Below are positions 1-11,098 of a stretch of DNA of 64,000 bases, piece by piece. This DNA comes from Acidimicrobiia bacterium (lineage in GTDB: Bacteria; Actinomycetota; Acidimicrobiia; Acidimicrobiales; CAIXPF01). The stretch is from assembly GCA_947476745.1 (NCBI GenBank), contig CANJRG010000012.1, forward strand, positions 20,256 through 84,255, written 5' to 3'. The position numbers and the translations under genes were made by a program. Below the pieces are notes generated by a model. That model saw only the letters and a list, made by a program, of their open reading frames with translations. It was not told the origin of the DNA and did not search any database. How positions within the stretch are numbered: position 1 is the stretch's first letter; every line of letters begins with the position of its first letter.

Positions 1-586
1 CCTGGGCCCCGGGGATCAACAGACGATCCTCCACCACGAACCCCGGAACGCCGGTGATCTCGCGGTCCATCGCAGCCTGCAGGTCGGCCAGCACCACATC
101 TCGGTAGGCGCCCGCAGCGACGATCTCGCCGGCCTTGGCGGCATCGAGACCGGCCTCGCCGGCAAGACGGCCCAGCGTTGCGGCGTCGGCCACGTTGGCA
201 CCATCCTCGAAGTAGGCCCGCAGCAGCCGCTCCTTGAGTGCACCCTGGCCGGTGGCACCGGCCTCGTCCCAGGCCCAGGCCAGCAAACGGTGGGCGTCGA
301 GGGTGGACACCCGTACCGCGGTGTCGAAGTCGTAGGCGATGCCCTCGGCCTCGCCGAGCGCGCCGAGCCGCTTCTTCATCCCGCTGAACGCACCGGGGCC
401 GTACTTGCGGTTGATGGCCGACTCGAGGTCCTGCGGTTCGGCCGTGGCGGTCGGGTCGAGCAGGTAGGCCCGCCAGTGGATCTCGATGTCACCGGCCCAG
501 TTGAGGCGTTCCATGGCCCGTTCGAGGCGCCGCTTGCCGAGGTAGCACCACGGACAGATCACGTCGGACCAGATGTCGATGCGCAT
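1..586 (-). CDS. DsbA-family thiol:disulfide oxidoreductase (FrnE-like); C-terminal end runs off the window
   Basis: Own translation of the minus strand from ATG (revcomp of cat at 584-586): MRIDIWSDVICPWCYLGKRRLERAMERL... It carries a CPWC thioredoxin-fold motif. It is absent from the ORF track because no stop lies inside the window. The 290-850 plus-strand ORF is its antisense shadow. Confidence 0.8.
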   Translation of the reverse strand, partial: MRIDIWSDVICPWCYLGKRRLERAMERLNWAGDIEIHWRAYLLDPTATAEPQDLESAINRKYGPGAFSGMKKRLGALGEAEGIAYDFDTAVRVSTLDAHRLLAWAWDEAGATGQGALKERLLRAYFEDGANVADAATLGRLAGEAGLDAAKAGEIVAAGAYRDVVLADLQAAMDREITGVPGFVVEDRLLIPGAQ

Positions 587-746
587 CCGGCGAGCCTAGG
601 CGCGACCTCGCAACCCGCGGCCCCGCCCGGCCGGCCGACCACGACTCTCCGACCACGACTCTCGGACCGGTTGCGGGCGGTTAGGTTGCGCAGCGGATCG
701 AGCCCGGGGCCTGCGCCGGGCCGGGGACACGCTGGGAGATGCACCC

Positions 747-2321
747 ATGAGCCAGAACCGTTGGACGACCTACGTCGACACCGAGACCACCGTGGCGCCG
801 GGGTGGCGTCTGGACACCGTCGTGGCCCCGAGCCGCCTGTGGGGCGCTAACGGGATCGTGTGGTCCCCCGACGACCGGCTGATGGTGACGCAGGTGTTCG
901 GCTCACAGGTCACCGCCATCGAGGTCCATGCCGGCACCCACCAGGTCTACGCCCCGCTCGGCGGCGGTATCGCCGCTCCCGACGACGGCGCGTTCGGCTA
1001 CGACGGCACGTTCTTCGCCACCGAGCCGATGAACGCCACGGTCTCCGCCCGCCAACCCGACGGCACCTACCGGACCTTGCGCGACGACCTCCCGGCGGCC
1101 AACGGCATGACCGTCAGCACCGACGGACGGCGGCTGTTCGTCGACGAGTTCCGTCCCGGTGGCCGCCTGCTGGAGCTCGACCCCGCCGGCGAGAAGGCCC
1201 CGACCGTGCTCGCCGAGGACCTGGCGATGCCCAACGCCTTCGCCATGGGCCCCGACGGGGCGTTGTGGTTCCCCCAGGTGCTCGCCGGCGAGATCTGGCG
1301 CTACGACCTCGACACCAAGACCCTCGAACGTCGCTTCACCGACCTCGCGACCCCCACCGCGGTCAAGTTCGACCGGTCCGGCCGGTTGCTCACCAGCGAG
1401 GGCGCGGCGGGGCGGCTCACCCGGATCGACCTGGCCACCGGGGCCCGCGAGACCCTGGCCCAGGTCAACCCCGGCATCGACAACTTCGCCATCGCCGCCG
1501 ATGGCCGCCTGTTCGTGTCCCACTTCACCGACGGCCGGGTGGCGGAGGTGACCGGTGGGGTCGAGCGGGTCCTGTCGCCGTCTGGCCTGATCGGCCCGTT
1601 CGGCCTCGACCGCATGGCGGACGGCTCGCTGCTCAGCGCCGACGGCCTTGCGGTCAACCGCACCACACCCGACGGGGTCACCACCGTGACCATGAGCCTG
1701 CTGGCCGACCTGCCCGGCATGGCCGCCGACGTGGCCCACCACGGCGCCGACCCGCTGGTCCTGCTCAGCCGGGGCCAGGTGTTGCGCCGCCACGGCGACG
1801 GCCGCTTCAGCACCGTCGCCGGCCGCCTCGAGGACGCCACCACCCTCACCAGCACCACGCCCACCAGCACCGCCGGCGGCGGCGCGTACGTCGTGGAACG
1901 CCGCGCCGGCCGCATCCGCCATCTCGACGGCGAGGGCGGGCTACGCGACGTCGTCGGTGGGCTCGACCGGCCGGTGGCGGTCGCCGAGGACGACGACGGC
2001 ACGCTGTGGATCAGCCGCCGCGGCGGCATCACCGCCGTCGCCGGTGGCGAGGTGGTGGCCACCGTCGACGGCTTCGGCGACCCCCAGGGCATCGCCTGTC
2101 ACGACGGCGCCGTCTGGGTGGCCGACACCGCCCGACGGGCCGTGGTGCGCATCGACCGGCGCGACGGCTCGCGCCGTGACGTCGCCACCGACCTGCCGCT
2201 CGGCCCGCCGGTCGCCGGCGCCCGCATGCCGCACGCCTTCTCGCCGCTGCTCGCCAACGGCGACGCACTGCTCGTCGGCTGCGACGGTGACGGCAGCATC
2301 CGCCGGCTCACCACCGGCTGA
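747..2321 (+). CDS. Beta-propeller protein (SMP-30/gluconolactonase/LRE-like or NHL-repeat type)
   Basis: 524-aa ORF with repeated blade-like motifs (DG.LW/F, GRL..S, DG.L.V). No obvious signal peptide. Family assigned by eye only. Confidence 0.55.
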   Translation: MSQNRWTTYVDTETTVAPGWRLDTVVAPSRLWGANGIVWSPDDRLMVTQVFGSQVTAIEVHAGTHQVYAPLGGGIAAPDDGAFGYDGTFFATEPMNATVSARQPDGTYRTLRDDLPAANGMTVSTDGRRLFVDEFRPGGRLLELDPAGEKAPTVLAEDLAMPNAFAMGPDGALWFPQVLAGEIWRYDLDTKTLERRFTDLATPTAVKFDRSGRLLTSEGAAGRLTRIDLATGARETLAQVNPGIDNFAIAADGRLFVSHFTDGRVAEVTGGVERVLSPSGLIGPFGLDRMADGSLLSADGLAVNRTTPDGVTTVTMSLLADLPGMAADVAHHGADPLVLLSRGQVLRRHGDGRFSTVAGRLEDATTLTSTTPTSTAGGGAYVVERRAGRIRHLDGEGGLRDVVGGLDRPVAVAEDDDGTLWISRRGGITAVAGGEVVATVDGFGDPQGIACHDGAVWVADTARRAVVRIDRRDGSRRDVATDLPLGPPVAGARMPHAFSPLLANGDALLVGCDGDGSIRRLTTG

Positions 2322-2483
2322 CCGCTGTCGGGCCGGGCGGCACCGAGGCCGGGCCGGGCGGCCGGGCCTGGCCCGCCCGACTGACCCACCCGGTCGGTCC
2401 GGCGGGCGGGGAAGCGGCCGCCTGGGCCATGATGGCGGATCACGGTCCGCACCCGGGCCGGAACCGACGATTCAGGGGGTCAT

Positions 2484-2933
2484 GTGGACACATCGCTCGC
2501 AGGGCGGACCGGCAAGCCGTTCACCATGACGGTCGAGGCGGGTAAGATCCGCGAGTTCGCCCGTGCCACCAAGTCGCAGAACCCGGCCTACGACGGCGGC
2601 CCGCAGGGTCAGCCGGTCAGCCCGGCCACGTTCCTGATGAGCGCCCAGTTCTGGCAGAGCGGTGAGAACAGCCCGTTGTCGGGGGTCGACCTCAACTGGG
2701 AGCGCATCCTGCACGGCGAGCAGGAGTTCGTCTTCCACGGCGCACCGCCGCGGGCCGGCGACGTGCTCACCGGGCAGGCCCGCATCGACAAGGTGTTCGA
2801 GAAGGCCGGCAAGCGCGGCGGCACCATGATCTTCACCGAGCAGGTCACGGAGTTCCGTGACCCGTCCGGTCGGCTCGTCGCCGAGCTGCGTTCCACCATG
2901 ATCGAAACGTCCAAGGCCACGACGGAGGACTGA
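2484..2933 (+). CDS. MaoC-like dehydratase, N-terminal-type hot-dog subunit (HadA-like)
   Basis: 149 aa. TVEAGKIREFARATKSQNPAY...PATF pattern typical of MaoC_dehydrat_N. It ends 2 nt before the next MaoC gene. Confidence 0.7.
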   Translation: MDTSLAGRTGKPFTMTVEAGKIREFARATKSQNPAYDGGPQGQPVSPATFLMSAQFWQSGENSPLSGVDLNWERILHGEQEFVFHGAPPRAGDVLTGQARIDKVFEKAGKRGGTMIFTEQVTEFRDPSGRLVAELRSTMIETSKATTED

Positions 2934-2935
2934 CC

Positions 2936-3349
2936 ATGACCACCACCGACCTCACCGTGGGCGCCACCCGCGAGCCCTTCGTGGACAAGCCCCTCACCAT
3001 CACCGACTTCGTCCGCTACCAGGGCGCATCGGGCGACATGAACCCGATCCACCACGACAGCAGCTTCGCCGCCAAGGCCGGCTACCCCACCCCCTTCGCG
3101 GTGGGCATGCTGCAGGCCGGGGTGCTCGGTACCTTCGCCACCGACTGGCTCGGGGCCGAGAACGTCCGCTCGTTCAAGGTGCAGTTCCGTGAGCAGGCCT
3201 GGCCCGGCGACGTGCTGACCTACTCCGGCACCATCACCGCGGTGCGCGAGCAGGACGGCGAGCGCCTCGTCGACATCGAGTTGGCCTGTACCCGCCAGAC
3301 CGGTGGCACCCACCTCAGGGGCTGGGCCACCTTCGTCGCCCCCAACTGA
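2936..3349 (+). CDS. MaoC family (R)-specific enoyl-CoA hydratase/dehydratase subunit (HadB-like)
   Basis: 137 aa. FVRYQGASGDMNPIHHDSSFAAKAGYPTPFAVGML is the MaoC hydratase motif. Confidence 0.8.
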   Translation: MTTTDLTVGATREPFVDKPLTITDFVRYQGASGDMNPIHHDSSFAAKAGYPTPFAVGMLQAGVLGTFATDWLGAENVRSFKVQFREQAWPGDVLTYSGTITAVREQDGERLVDIELACTRQTGGTHLRGWATFVAPN

Positions 3350-3360
3350 GAGGCCGGACC

Positions 3361-4461
3361 ATGCCGACCCCTTCCCGCGTCGTGGTGGTACCCCAGGAGC
3401 TGGGCAAACCACTCGAGGTCGTCGACTGCCTGCTACCCGACCCCGGCCCCCACGAGGTGGTCGTCGAGCAGTACGCATCGGGGATCTGCCACAGCCAGCT
3501 CCACACCATCCACAACCCCCGGGCCGCCGCCCAGATCCTCGGCCACGAGTCGACCGGGGTCGTCATCGCGGTCGGCAGCGCCGTCGACGGGCTGGCGGTC
3601 GGTGACACGGTCATGGTCACCTGGGTTCCCAAGGACCAGCAGCAGGCCCGCCGCGAAGGCGCGCTGATGACCCTCGAGTTGCCCGACGGGCGCCGCGCGG
3701 TCAGCCGCAACGTGTTCACCTGGGCCACTCACACCCTCGCCGACGAGATGTTCGTGGTGAAGGTGCCCGCCGACATCGACCGGGAGGCCACCGCCATCGT
3801 CGGCTGTGCGGTCATCACCGGTGCCGGCGCGGTGCTGCACACCGCGGCGGTCCAGCCCGGTGACAGCGTGGCCATCTTCGGGGTGGGCGGCGTCGGCCTC
3901 AGCGCAGTGGCCGCGGCCCGCAAGTGCGGGGCCGATCCCATCATCGTGGTCGACCTCAGCGAGGAGAAGCTCTCCTTCGCCAAGCGGTTCGGCGCCACGC
4001 ATGGGGTCAACGCCTCCGAGGTCGACCCCGTGGCGGCCATCCGCGAGCTCACCGTGCAGCATGGTCGCTACGACATCATGCGCGAGCCGCTGCGCGGGGT
4101 GGACTTCGCCTTCGACTGCATCGGCGCCCCGGTGACGATGCGCCAGATCGCCGAATGCGTCCGCTCGGGTGAGTTCGGCCAGAGCCGCGGTGGGGTCGCC
4201 GTACTGGTGGGGGTACCGCAGACCCCGCTGGAACTCGACAGCCGGTTCCTGTTCATCGGCGAACGCAGCTACCGGGCCAGCCTCGGGGGAAGCTGTGTGC
4301 CCGGCGAGGACCTCCCCCGATTCCTGGAGTGGTACGCCCAGGGCGACTTGGACCTCGATGCCCTCGTCACCCGGCGCTACACCATCGACGAGATCGCCGA
4401 AGCGGTCGAGGACCTCGAGCACGGTCGCATCACCGGCCGGTCGATCCTGGTGTTCACCTGA
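3361..4461 (+). CDS. Zinc-type alcohol dehydrogenase / MDR superfamily oxidoreductase
   Basis: 366 aa. GICHSQLH...GHESTGVV catalytic-zinc region and GVGGVGLSAV Rossmann motif. Confidence 0.8.
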   Translation: MPTPSRVVVVPQELGKPLEVVDCLLPDPGPHEVVVEQYASGICHSQLHTIHNPRAAAQILGHESTGVVIAVGSAVDGLAVGDTVMVTWVPKDQQQARREGALMTLELPDGRRAVSRNVFTWATHTLADEMFVVKVPADIDREATAIVGCAVITGAGAVLHTAAVQPGDSVAIFGVGGVGLSAVAAARKCGADPIIVVDLSEEKLSFAKRFGATHGVNASEVDPVAAIRELTVQHGRYDIMREPLRGVDFAFDCIGAPVTMRQIAECVRSGEFGQSRGGVAVLVGVPQTPLELDSRFLFIGERSYRASLGGSCVPGEDLPRFLEWYAQGDLDLDALVTRRYTIDEIAEAVEDLEHGRITGRSILVFT

Positions 4462-4748
4462 TGGCCGCCTACCTGATCGTCGACATCGACGTGCACGACC
4501 CCGAGGTCTACAAGGGCTACGCGGCCCAGGTGCCGCCCCTCGTCGCCCGCCACGGCGGTACCTACCTGGTACGAGGCGGCGCCCACGAGACCCTCGAGGG
4601 GACCTGGGTGCCGAGCCGGGTCGTCGTGCTGCAGTTCCCTGATGCCGATGCGGCCCGGGCCTTCATGAACGACCCCGACTACGCCCCGGTGAAGGCCATC
4701 CGCCACCAGGCGGCGACCAGCCAGATGGTGCTCGTCGAGGGTGCCTGA
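4461..4748 (+). CDS. DUF1330 domain protein
   Basis: ATG at 4461 overlaps the ADH stop (TGATG). MAAYLIVDIDVHDPEVYKGYAAQVPPLVARHGGTYLVRGG... matches my recollection of DUF1330. The upstream part of the 4329 ORF is read-through of the ADH gene in another frame. Confidence 0.75.
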   Translation: MAAYLIVDIDVHDPEVYKGYAAQVPPLVARHGGTYLVRGGAHETLEGTWVPSRVVVLQFPDADAARAFMNDPDYAPVKAIRHQAATSQMVLVEGA

Positions 4749-4880
4749 CCCGATCGCCCGGGCGTGCGCGCCCGGGCGATCAACCGCTGGCCGGACGGGT
4801 ACCCGCCGACGTCGCCGGCGCGACACGGGCGGCGTCGCCTGCCGCCTGCCGCGTGCCGGTACGCCAGTACGGTCGCGGGC

Positions 4881-6791
<1,911 letters not shown>

Positions 6792-6810
6792 CCAACGACC
6801 CTGGCCGCCG

Positions 6811-6826
6811 ATACCCCTATGGGGTA
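6811..6826. promoter_or_regulatory. Candidate CsoR operator (TACCCC-N3-GGGGTA inverted repeat)
   Basis: ATACCCCTATGGGGTA lies 11 nt upstream of the csoR ATG at 6837. GC-rich pseudo-palindromes of this TACCC...GGGTA type are the described CsoR operators in Bacillus, Mycobacterium and Streptomyces. Confidence 0.6.
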
Positions 6827-6836
6827 CGATCGGGCC

Positions 6837-7148
6837 ATGAGCACCGCACCGGGCTACCTCGGACGCAAGGACGATGTCCTGCGCCGTCTGCGTCGCATCG
6901 AAGGCCAGGTCCGTGGCCTCGAGCGGATGATTGACGAGGAGACCTACTGCATCGACGTGCTCACCCAGGTCGCCGCAACCACCAAGGCCCTGCAGGCCGT
7001 CGCGGTCCAGTTGCTTCAAGAGCATCTCCGCCACTGCGTGGCGGCGGCCACCTCGGGCCACGACGACGAGGACGCCTCCGACAGGCGCAGCCCCGACGCC
7101 TTGCTCGGTGAAGCCGTTCGGGCGATCGAGCGCCTGCTGCGGACCTGA
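6837..7148 (+). CDS. csoR: CsoR/RcnR-family copper-sensing transcriptional repressor
   Basis: RLRRIEGQVRGLERMIDEETYCIDVLTQVAA...LQEHLRHC carries the C-H-C ligand pattern. It is the first gene of the cop operon. The ORF-track start at 6819 lies inside the operator, so 6837 is preferred. Confidence 0.85.
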   Translation: MSTAPGYLGRKDDVLRRLRRIEGQVRGLERMIDEETYCIDVLTQVAATTKALQAVAVQLLQEHLRHCVAAATSGHDDEDASDRRSPDALLGEAVRAIERLLRT

Positions 7149-7192
7149 ACAGGATCCACACCCACACCGACACCCACCGGAGCGGAACCGAC

Positions 7193-7399
7193 ATGGACAC
7201 CATCACCTTCACGGTTCCCGGCATGACCTGCGGCCACTGCGTCGCGGCGGTCACCGAGGAACTCACCAAGGTCAGCGGGGTGACCGACACTTCGGTCGAC
7301 CTCGAGACCAAGGTCGTTGTCGTCACCGGCGACGGGATCGACCGTGTCGACCTCGACGCCGCCATCGATGAGGCCGGGTTCGAGATCGCCTGGCCATGA
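7193..7399 (+). CDS. copZ: Heavy-metal-associated (HMA) copper chaperone
   Basis: 68 aa with a GMTCGHC metal-binding motif. Confidence 0.85.
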   Translation: MDTITFTVPGMTCGHCVAAVTEELTKVSGVTDTSVDLETKVVVVTGDGIDRVDLDAAIDEAGFEIAWP

Positions 7400-7653
7400 G
7401 CCGCCTCTCGGTCGACACCCTCACCGCCCCGGTCCGGGTCGCCCTGTTCGGGCTGGCACTGGTAGTGGCCTTCGGCGCCGGGGCGGCGCTCGGCGCCGCG
7501 TTGCCCGCCCTACGTGACGAGGTCGCACCGAGCACGACCACGGTCCCCGCCGGCCACGACAGCGTCCATACCACTGAGCATGCCCTGGCGGCGGCGGCCG
7601 GCCCCGGGCACGATCCCCGCCCCGATCCCGGGCGCGCAGAGGGTTCGCGATGA
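7396..7653 (+). CDS. Small membrane protein of the cop operon, function unknown
   Basis: 85-aa ORF. ATGA overlaps with the copZ stop (7396-7399) and the copA start (7650-7653). One hydrophobic helix ([24 protein letters not shown]) is followed by a His-containing tail (HDSVHTTEH...GHD). Confidence 0.5.
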   Translation: MSRLSVDTLTAPVRVALFGLALVVAFGAGAALGAALPALRDEVAPSTTTVPAGHDSVHTTEHALAAAAGPGHDPRPDPGRAEGSR

Positions 7654-10010
7654 GCGCCGTACCGGCCCCACCCGACGCAGCGGACACCGGCCGGCACGTC
7701 GACCTGCAGATCACCGGGATGACGTGTGCGTCCTGCGCGATGCGCATCGAGAAGAAGCTCAACCGGCTCGATGGGGTACGCGCCAGCGTGAACTACGCCA
7801 CCGAGAAGGCCTCGGTCGATCTCGATGGCGAGCAGTCCACCGACGCGCTCATCGTTGCGGTCGAGGCCGCCGGCTACGGCGCCAGCCTCCCGGCTGCACC
7901 CGCGTGGGCATCATCGGGACCGTCATCGTCGCAGGCGGACGGCGCTGAGGTGGCCGGACCCGCCAACCCGACCGAGCCGGCCGACGAGCGGCTGCTCGCT
8001 CTGCGCCACAGGGTGATCGGCACCGCCGTGCTGGCGCTGCCGGTCGTGGTGCTGTCGATGGTCCCGGCCCTGCAGTTCCGGTTCTGGCAATGGCTGGCGT
8101 TCGCCCTCGCCGCCCCGGTGGTCACCTGGGGGGCGTGGCCCTTCCACCAGGTTGCGGTCAAGAGCCTGCTTGCCGGTACCAGCGGCATGGACACCCTGAT
8201 CTCCATCGGGGTGTCCGCCGCTTTCGGCTGGAGCACCTGGGCGCTCTTCCTCGGCGGCGCCGGCGAACCGGGCATGACCATGGCGTTCTCACCCGCCCTG
8301 CAGCGTGACGGCGCGGCCGGGCACCACCTGTACCTCGAGGTGGCGTCCTCGCTCGTGGTGTTCATCCTGCTCGGCCGCTACCTCGAGGCCCGGGCCAAAC
8401 GACGTGCCGGCGCCGCCCTACGGGCGCTGCTGTCGCTCGGGGCACGCGAGGCGACGGTACGGCGCGACGGCCAGGACCTGCGCGTCGCCGCCGACCGGCT
8501 CGAGGTCGGCGAGGTGATCGTGGTCCGACCGGGCGAGCAGATCGCTGCGGACGGGATCGTGCTCGAGGGCACCTCCGCCGTCGATCAGTCGCTGCTGACC
8601 GGCGAACCGGTACCCGTCGAGGTCGGCGTGGGCGACCGCGTGGTCGGCGCCGCCATCAACGTCGGCGGTCGGCTCGTGGTGCAACTGACCCGCGTCGGAG
8701 CCGACACCGCGCTGGCCCGGATGGCCCGCCTGGTCGAGGCTGCCCAGGCGGGCAAGGCCCCGGTGCAACGTCTCGCCGACCGGGTGTCGGCGGTATTCGT
8801 CCCGGTGGTCATCACCCTGGCCGTCGCCACCTTCGGGTTCTGGCTGACCAACACCGCCAACACGACCGACGCCTTCACCGCCGCGGTGGCGGTGCTCATC
8901 ATCGCCTGCCCCTGCGCTCTGGGCCTGGCCACCCCCACCGCGCTGCTGGTCGGTACCGGTCGTGGCGCGCAGCTCGGCATCCTCATCAAGGGTCCCGAGA
9001 TCCTGGAGTCGACCAGGCAGGTGGACACCATCGTGCTGGACAAGACGGGCACCATCACCACCGGGATCATGGCGCTCACCGAGACCCTGGCCGCGCCCGG
9101 CCACGACGAGGCGGAGGTCCTGCGCCTCGCCGGTGCGCTCGAGGCCGCCAGTGAGCACCCCATCGGCCGGGCCGTCGCCGACGCCGCCGTCCGTCGCAAC
9201 GGGCCCCTGCCGCCGGTCACCGACTTCCGGGCCACCGCCGGGGCAGGCGTCGAGGGCCGGGTCGACGGCCGGAGGGTCCGTGTCGGCCGCCCGCACGGGC
9301 TGCCCCCCGCCCTGGCCGAGATGGTGTCGCTCCACGAGGGACGCGGGGCGACGGTCGTGGCGGCCTGGGCCGAGGACGAGCCACTGGCCCTGTTCGTGGT
9401 CACCGACACCGTCAAGCCCACCAGCGCCGCGGCGATCGCCACGCTGCGGCGTCTGGGCCTGCACCCGGTGCTGCTGACCGGCGACAATGCCCGCACCGCG
9501 GCCACCGTCGCAGCCGAGGTCGGGATCGACGACGTGATCGCCGAGGTTCTGCCCGCCGACAAGGCTGCGGCCATCGCATCGATGCAGGCGACCGGCAAGG
9601 TGGTGGCCATGGTCGGCGACGGCGTGAACGATGCCGGGGCACTGGCCCAGGCCGATCTCGGCATCGCGATGGGCACCGGCACCGACGTGGCCATCGAGGC
9701 CAGCGACCTGACCCTGGTGCGTTCGGACCTGACCTCGGTCGCCGACGCCCTCGAGCTGTCCCGGCGCACCCTGCGCACCATCAAGGGCAACCTGTTCTGG
9801 GCCTTCGCCTACAACGTGGCCATGATCCCGCTGGCGGCATCCGGCCTGCTCAACCCGATGCTGGCCGGTGCAGCCATGGCCTGCTCCAGCCTCTTCGTCG
9901 TCAGCAACAGCCTCCGGCTGCGCCGCTTCCGGCCCACGGACCGCACCACGGACCACACCCCGGATGGCACCCCGGACCGGCGAGGGGCCGATGGCGTGGT
10001 CGCCGGCTGA
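7650..10010 (+). CDS. copA: Copper-translocating P1B-type ATPase
   Basis: 786 aa with an N-terminal HMA domain (GMTCASC), a CPC transmembrane motif, DKTGT phosphorylation site and [10 protein letters not shown] hinge. Confidence 0.93.
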   Translation: MSAVPAPPDAADTGRHVDLQITGMTCASCAMRIEKKLNRLDGVRASVNYATEKASVDLDGEQSTDALIVAVEAAGYGASLPAAPAWASSGPSSSQADGAEVAGPANPTEPADERLLALRHRVIGTAVLALPVVVLSMVPALQFRFWQWLAFALAAPVVTWGAWPFHQVAVKSLLAGTSGMDTLISIGVSAAFGWSTWALFLGGAGEPGMTMAFSPALQRDGAAGHHLYLEVASSLVVFILLGRYLEARAKRRAGAALRALLSLGAREATVRRDGQDLRVAADRLEVGEVIVVRPGEQIAADGIVLEGTSAVDQSLLTGEPVPVEVGVGDRVVGAAINVGGRLVVQLTRVGADTALARMARLVEAAQAGKAPVQRLADRVSAVFVPVVITLAVATFGFWLTNTANTTDAFTAAVAVLIIACPCALGLATPTALLVGTGRGAQLGILIKGPEILESTRQVDTIVLDKTGTITTGIMALTETLAAPGHDEAEVLRLAGALEAASEHPIGRAVADAAVRRNGPLPPVTDFRATAGAGVEGRVDGRRVRVGRPHGLPPALAEMVSLHEGRGATVVAAWAEDEPLALFVVTDTVKPTSAAAIATLRRLGLHPVLLTGDNARTAATVAAEVGIDDVIAEVLPADKAAAIASMQATGKVVAMVGDGVNDAGALAQADLGIAMGTGTDVAIEASDLTLVRSDLTSVADALELSRRTLRTIKGNLFWAFAYNVAMIPLAASGLLNPMLAGAAMACSSLFVVSNSLRLRRFRPTDRTTDHTPDGTPDRRGADGVVAG

Positions 10011-10022
10011 AGTCGGGCTACC

Positions 10023-10520
10023 GTGCCGGTCATGGCCGGCAAGGGAACTCCCGCCACCGCTGCGGCCCAACGGGCCAAGGTGGTGCACACGCTGCACGAG
10101 TACACCCACGACCCGGCCAATCGCAGCTACGGGCTCGAGGCCGTCGAGGCCCTCGGTCTCGACCCGGCCCACACCTTCAAGACGCTCATCGCCGTGCCGT
10201 CGGGCGGGGGCAAGCCGGTGTGTGCCGTGGTGCCGGTCAGCTCGCAGCTCGACCTCAAGGCGCTCGCCGCCGCGGCCGGCGCAAAGCAGATGGTCATGGC
10301 CGAACCGGCACTGGCCGAGCGGACCACGGGGTTCCTGGTCGGCGGGATCAGCCCGTTGGGCCAGAAGCAGCGGCTGGCGTCCTTCATCGACGCCTCGGCC
10401 CGTGAGCTGCCCACCATGTTCGTCAGCGCCGGGAGACGGGGCCTCGAGATCGAGCTGTCACCGGGCGACGTGGCCGCACTGACCGGTGCCACTTTCGCCG
10501 CCATCGCCCGCTCCTCCTGA
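10023..10520 (+). CDS. ybaK: Cys-tRNA(Pro)/Cys-tRNA(Cys) deacylase, YbaK family
   Basis: 165 aa. HEYTHDP...YGLEAVEALGLDPAHTFKTL and GGISPLG motifs are typical of YbaK/EbsC. The start could be GTG 10023 or ATG 10032. Confidence 0.8.
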   Translation: MPVMAGKGTPATAAAQRAKVVHTLHEYTHDPANRSYGLEAVEALGLDPAHTFKTLIAVPSGGGKPVCAVVPVSSQLDLKALAAAAGAKQMVMAEPALAERTTGFLVGGISPLGQKQRLASFIDASARELPTMFVSAGRRGLEIELSPGDVAALTGATFAAIARSS

Positions 10521-10527
10521 CCGCCGC

Positions 10528-10578
10528 CCGTGCTCTGACACCCTCCGTGCTCTGACACCCTCCGTGCTCTGACACCCT
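10528..10578. repeat. 3 x 17-bp perfect direct tandem repeat (CCGTGCTCTGACACCCT)
   Basis: Read directly: units at 10528-10544, 10545-10561 and 10562-10578, followed by a partial CCG. It lies in the intergenic region between the convergent ybaK and Fur-family genes. Confidence 0.9.
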
Positions 10579-10666
10579 CCGCGCCCGGACCGTGGCCAGG
10601 GTTCCGGGTCGACGCGTTCCGCGGCCCTGCAACCCGGCCTGCTCGGTGCTGTCGGCCCCGGTGGGG

Positions 10667-11092
10667 TCAGCGGCAGGTCGAGCAGCGGCCGGTCATGGCG
10701 AAATGGCCGAAGGCGATGGCGAAGCCGAACTCGGCCTCAACCTGACGGCGGACCTCGTCGAAGCGGACACGCGACACCAGTTGCACCGCACCGCAGCCCT
10801 CGCAGACCAGGCGATGGGCCGGGTCGTCGGCCAGCTGCCAGCGGGCCGGGCCGTGTCCGAGGTGGACATGGCGCACCAGGCCGGCCTCCTCCAGCGTCTC
10901 CAGCGTGCGGTACACCGTGGAGGGGTGCACCTCGGGATGGTCGCGTTGCACGAACCCGACGATCTCCTCGGCGGACAGATCGGGGTTCGCCGCCACGACC
11001 TCGGCGATGGCCCGCCGCCCCGTGGTCACCCGCTGGCCCTGCTCGCGCAGCGTACGGATGAGCACCTCGGCGTCGTGCTGCGCCGGGCTCAC
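10667..11092 (-). CDS. Fur-family metalloregulator (Zur-like by context)
   Basis: 141 aa. Winged-helix N-terminus and C-terminal CEGCG...CSTC cysteine pairs. It is the last gene of the metal ABC operon, so the Zur assignment is an inference. Confidence 0.85.
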   Translation of the reverse strand: MSPAQHDAEVLIRTLREQGQRVTTGRRAIAEVVAANPDLSAEEIVGFVQRDHPEVHPSTVYRTLETLEEAGLVRHVHLGHGPARWQLADDPAHRLVCEGCGAVQLVSRVRFDEVRRQVEAEFGFAIAFGHFAMTGRCSTCR

Positions 11093-11098
11093 CGCTCG

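Noticed and set aside
10528-10578. Possible CRISPR array
   Set aside because: The repeats are 17 bp and directly abutting with no spacers. There are only three units and no cas genes anywhere in the window.
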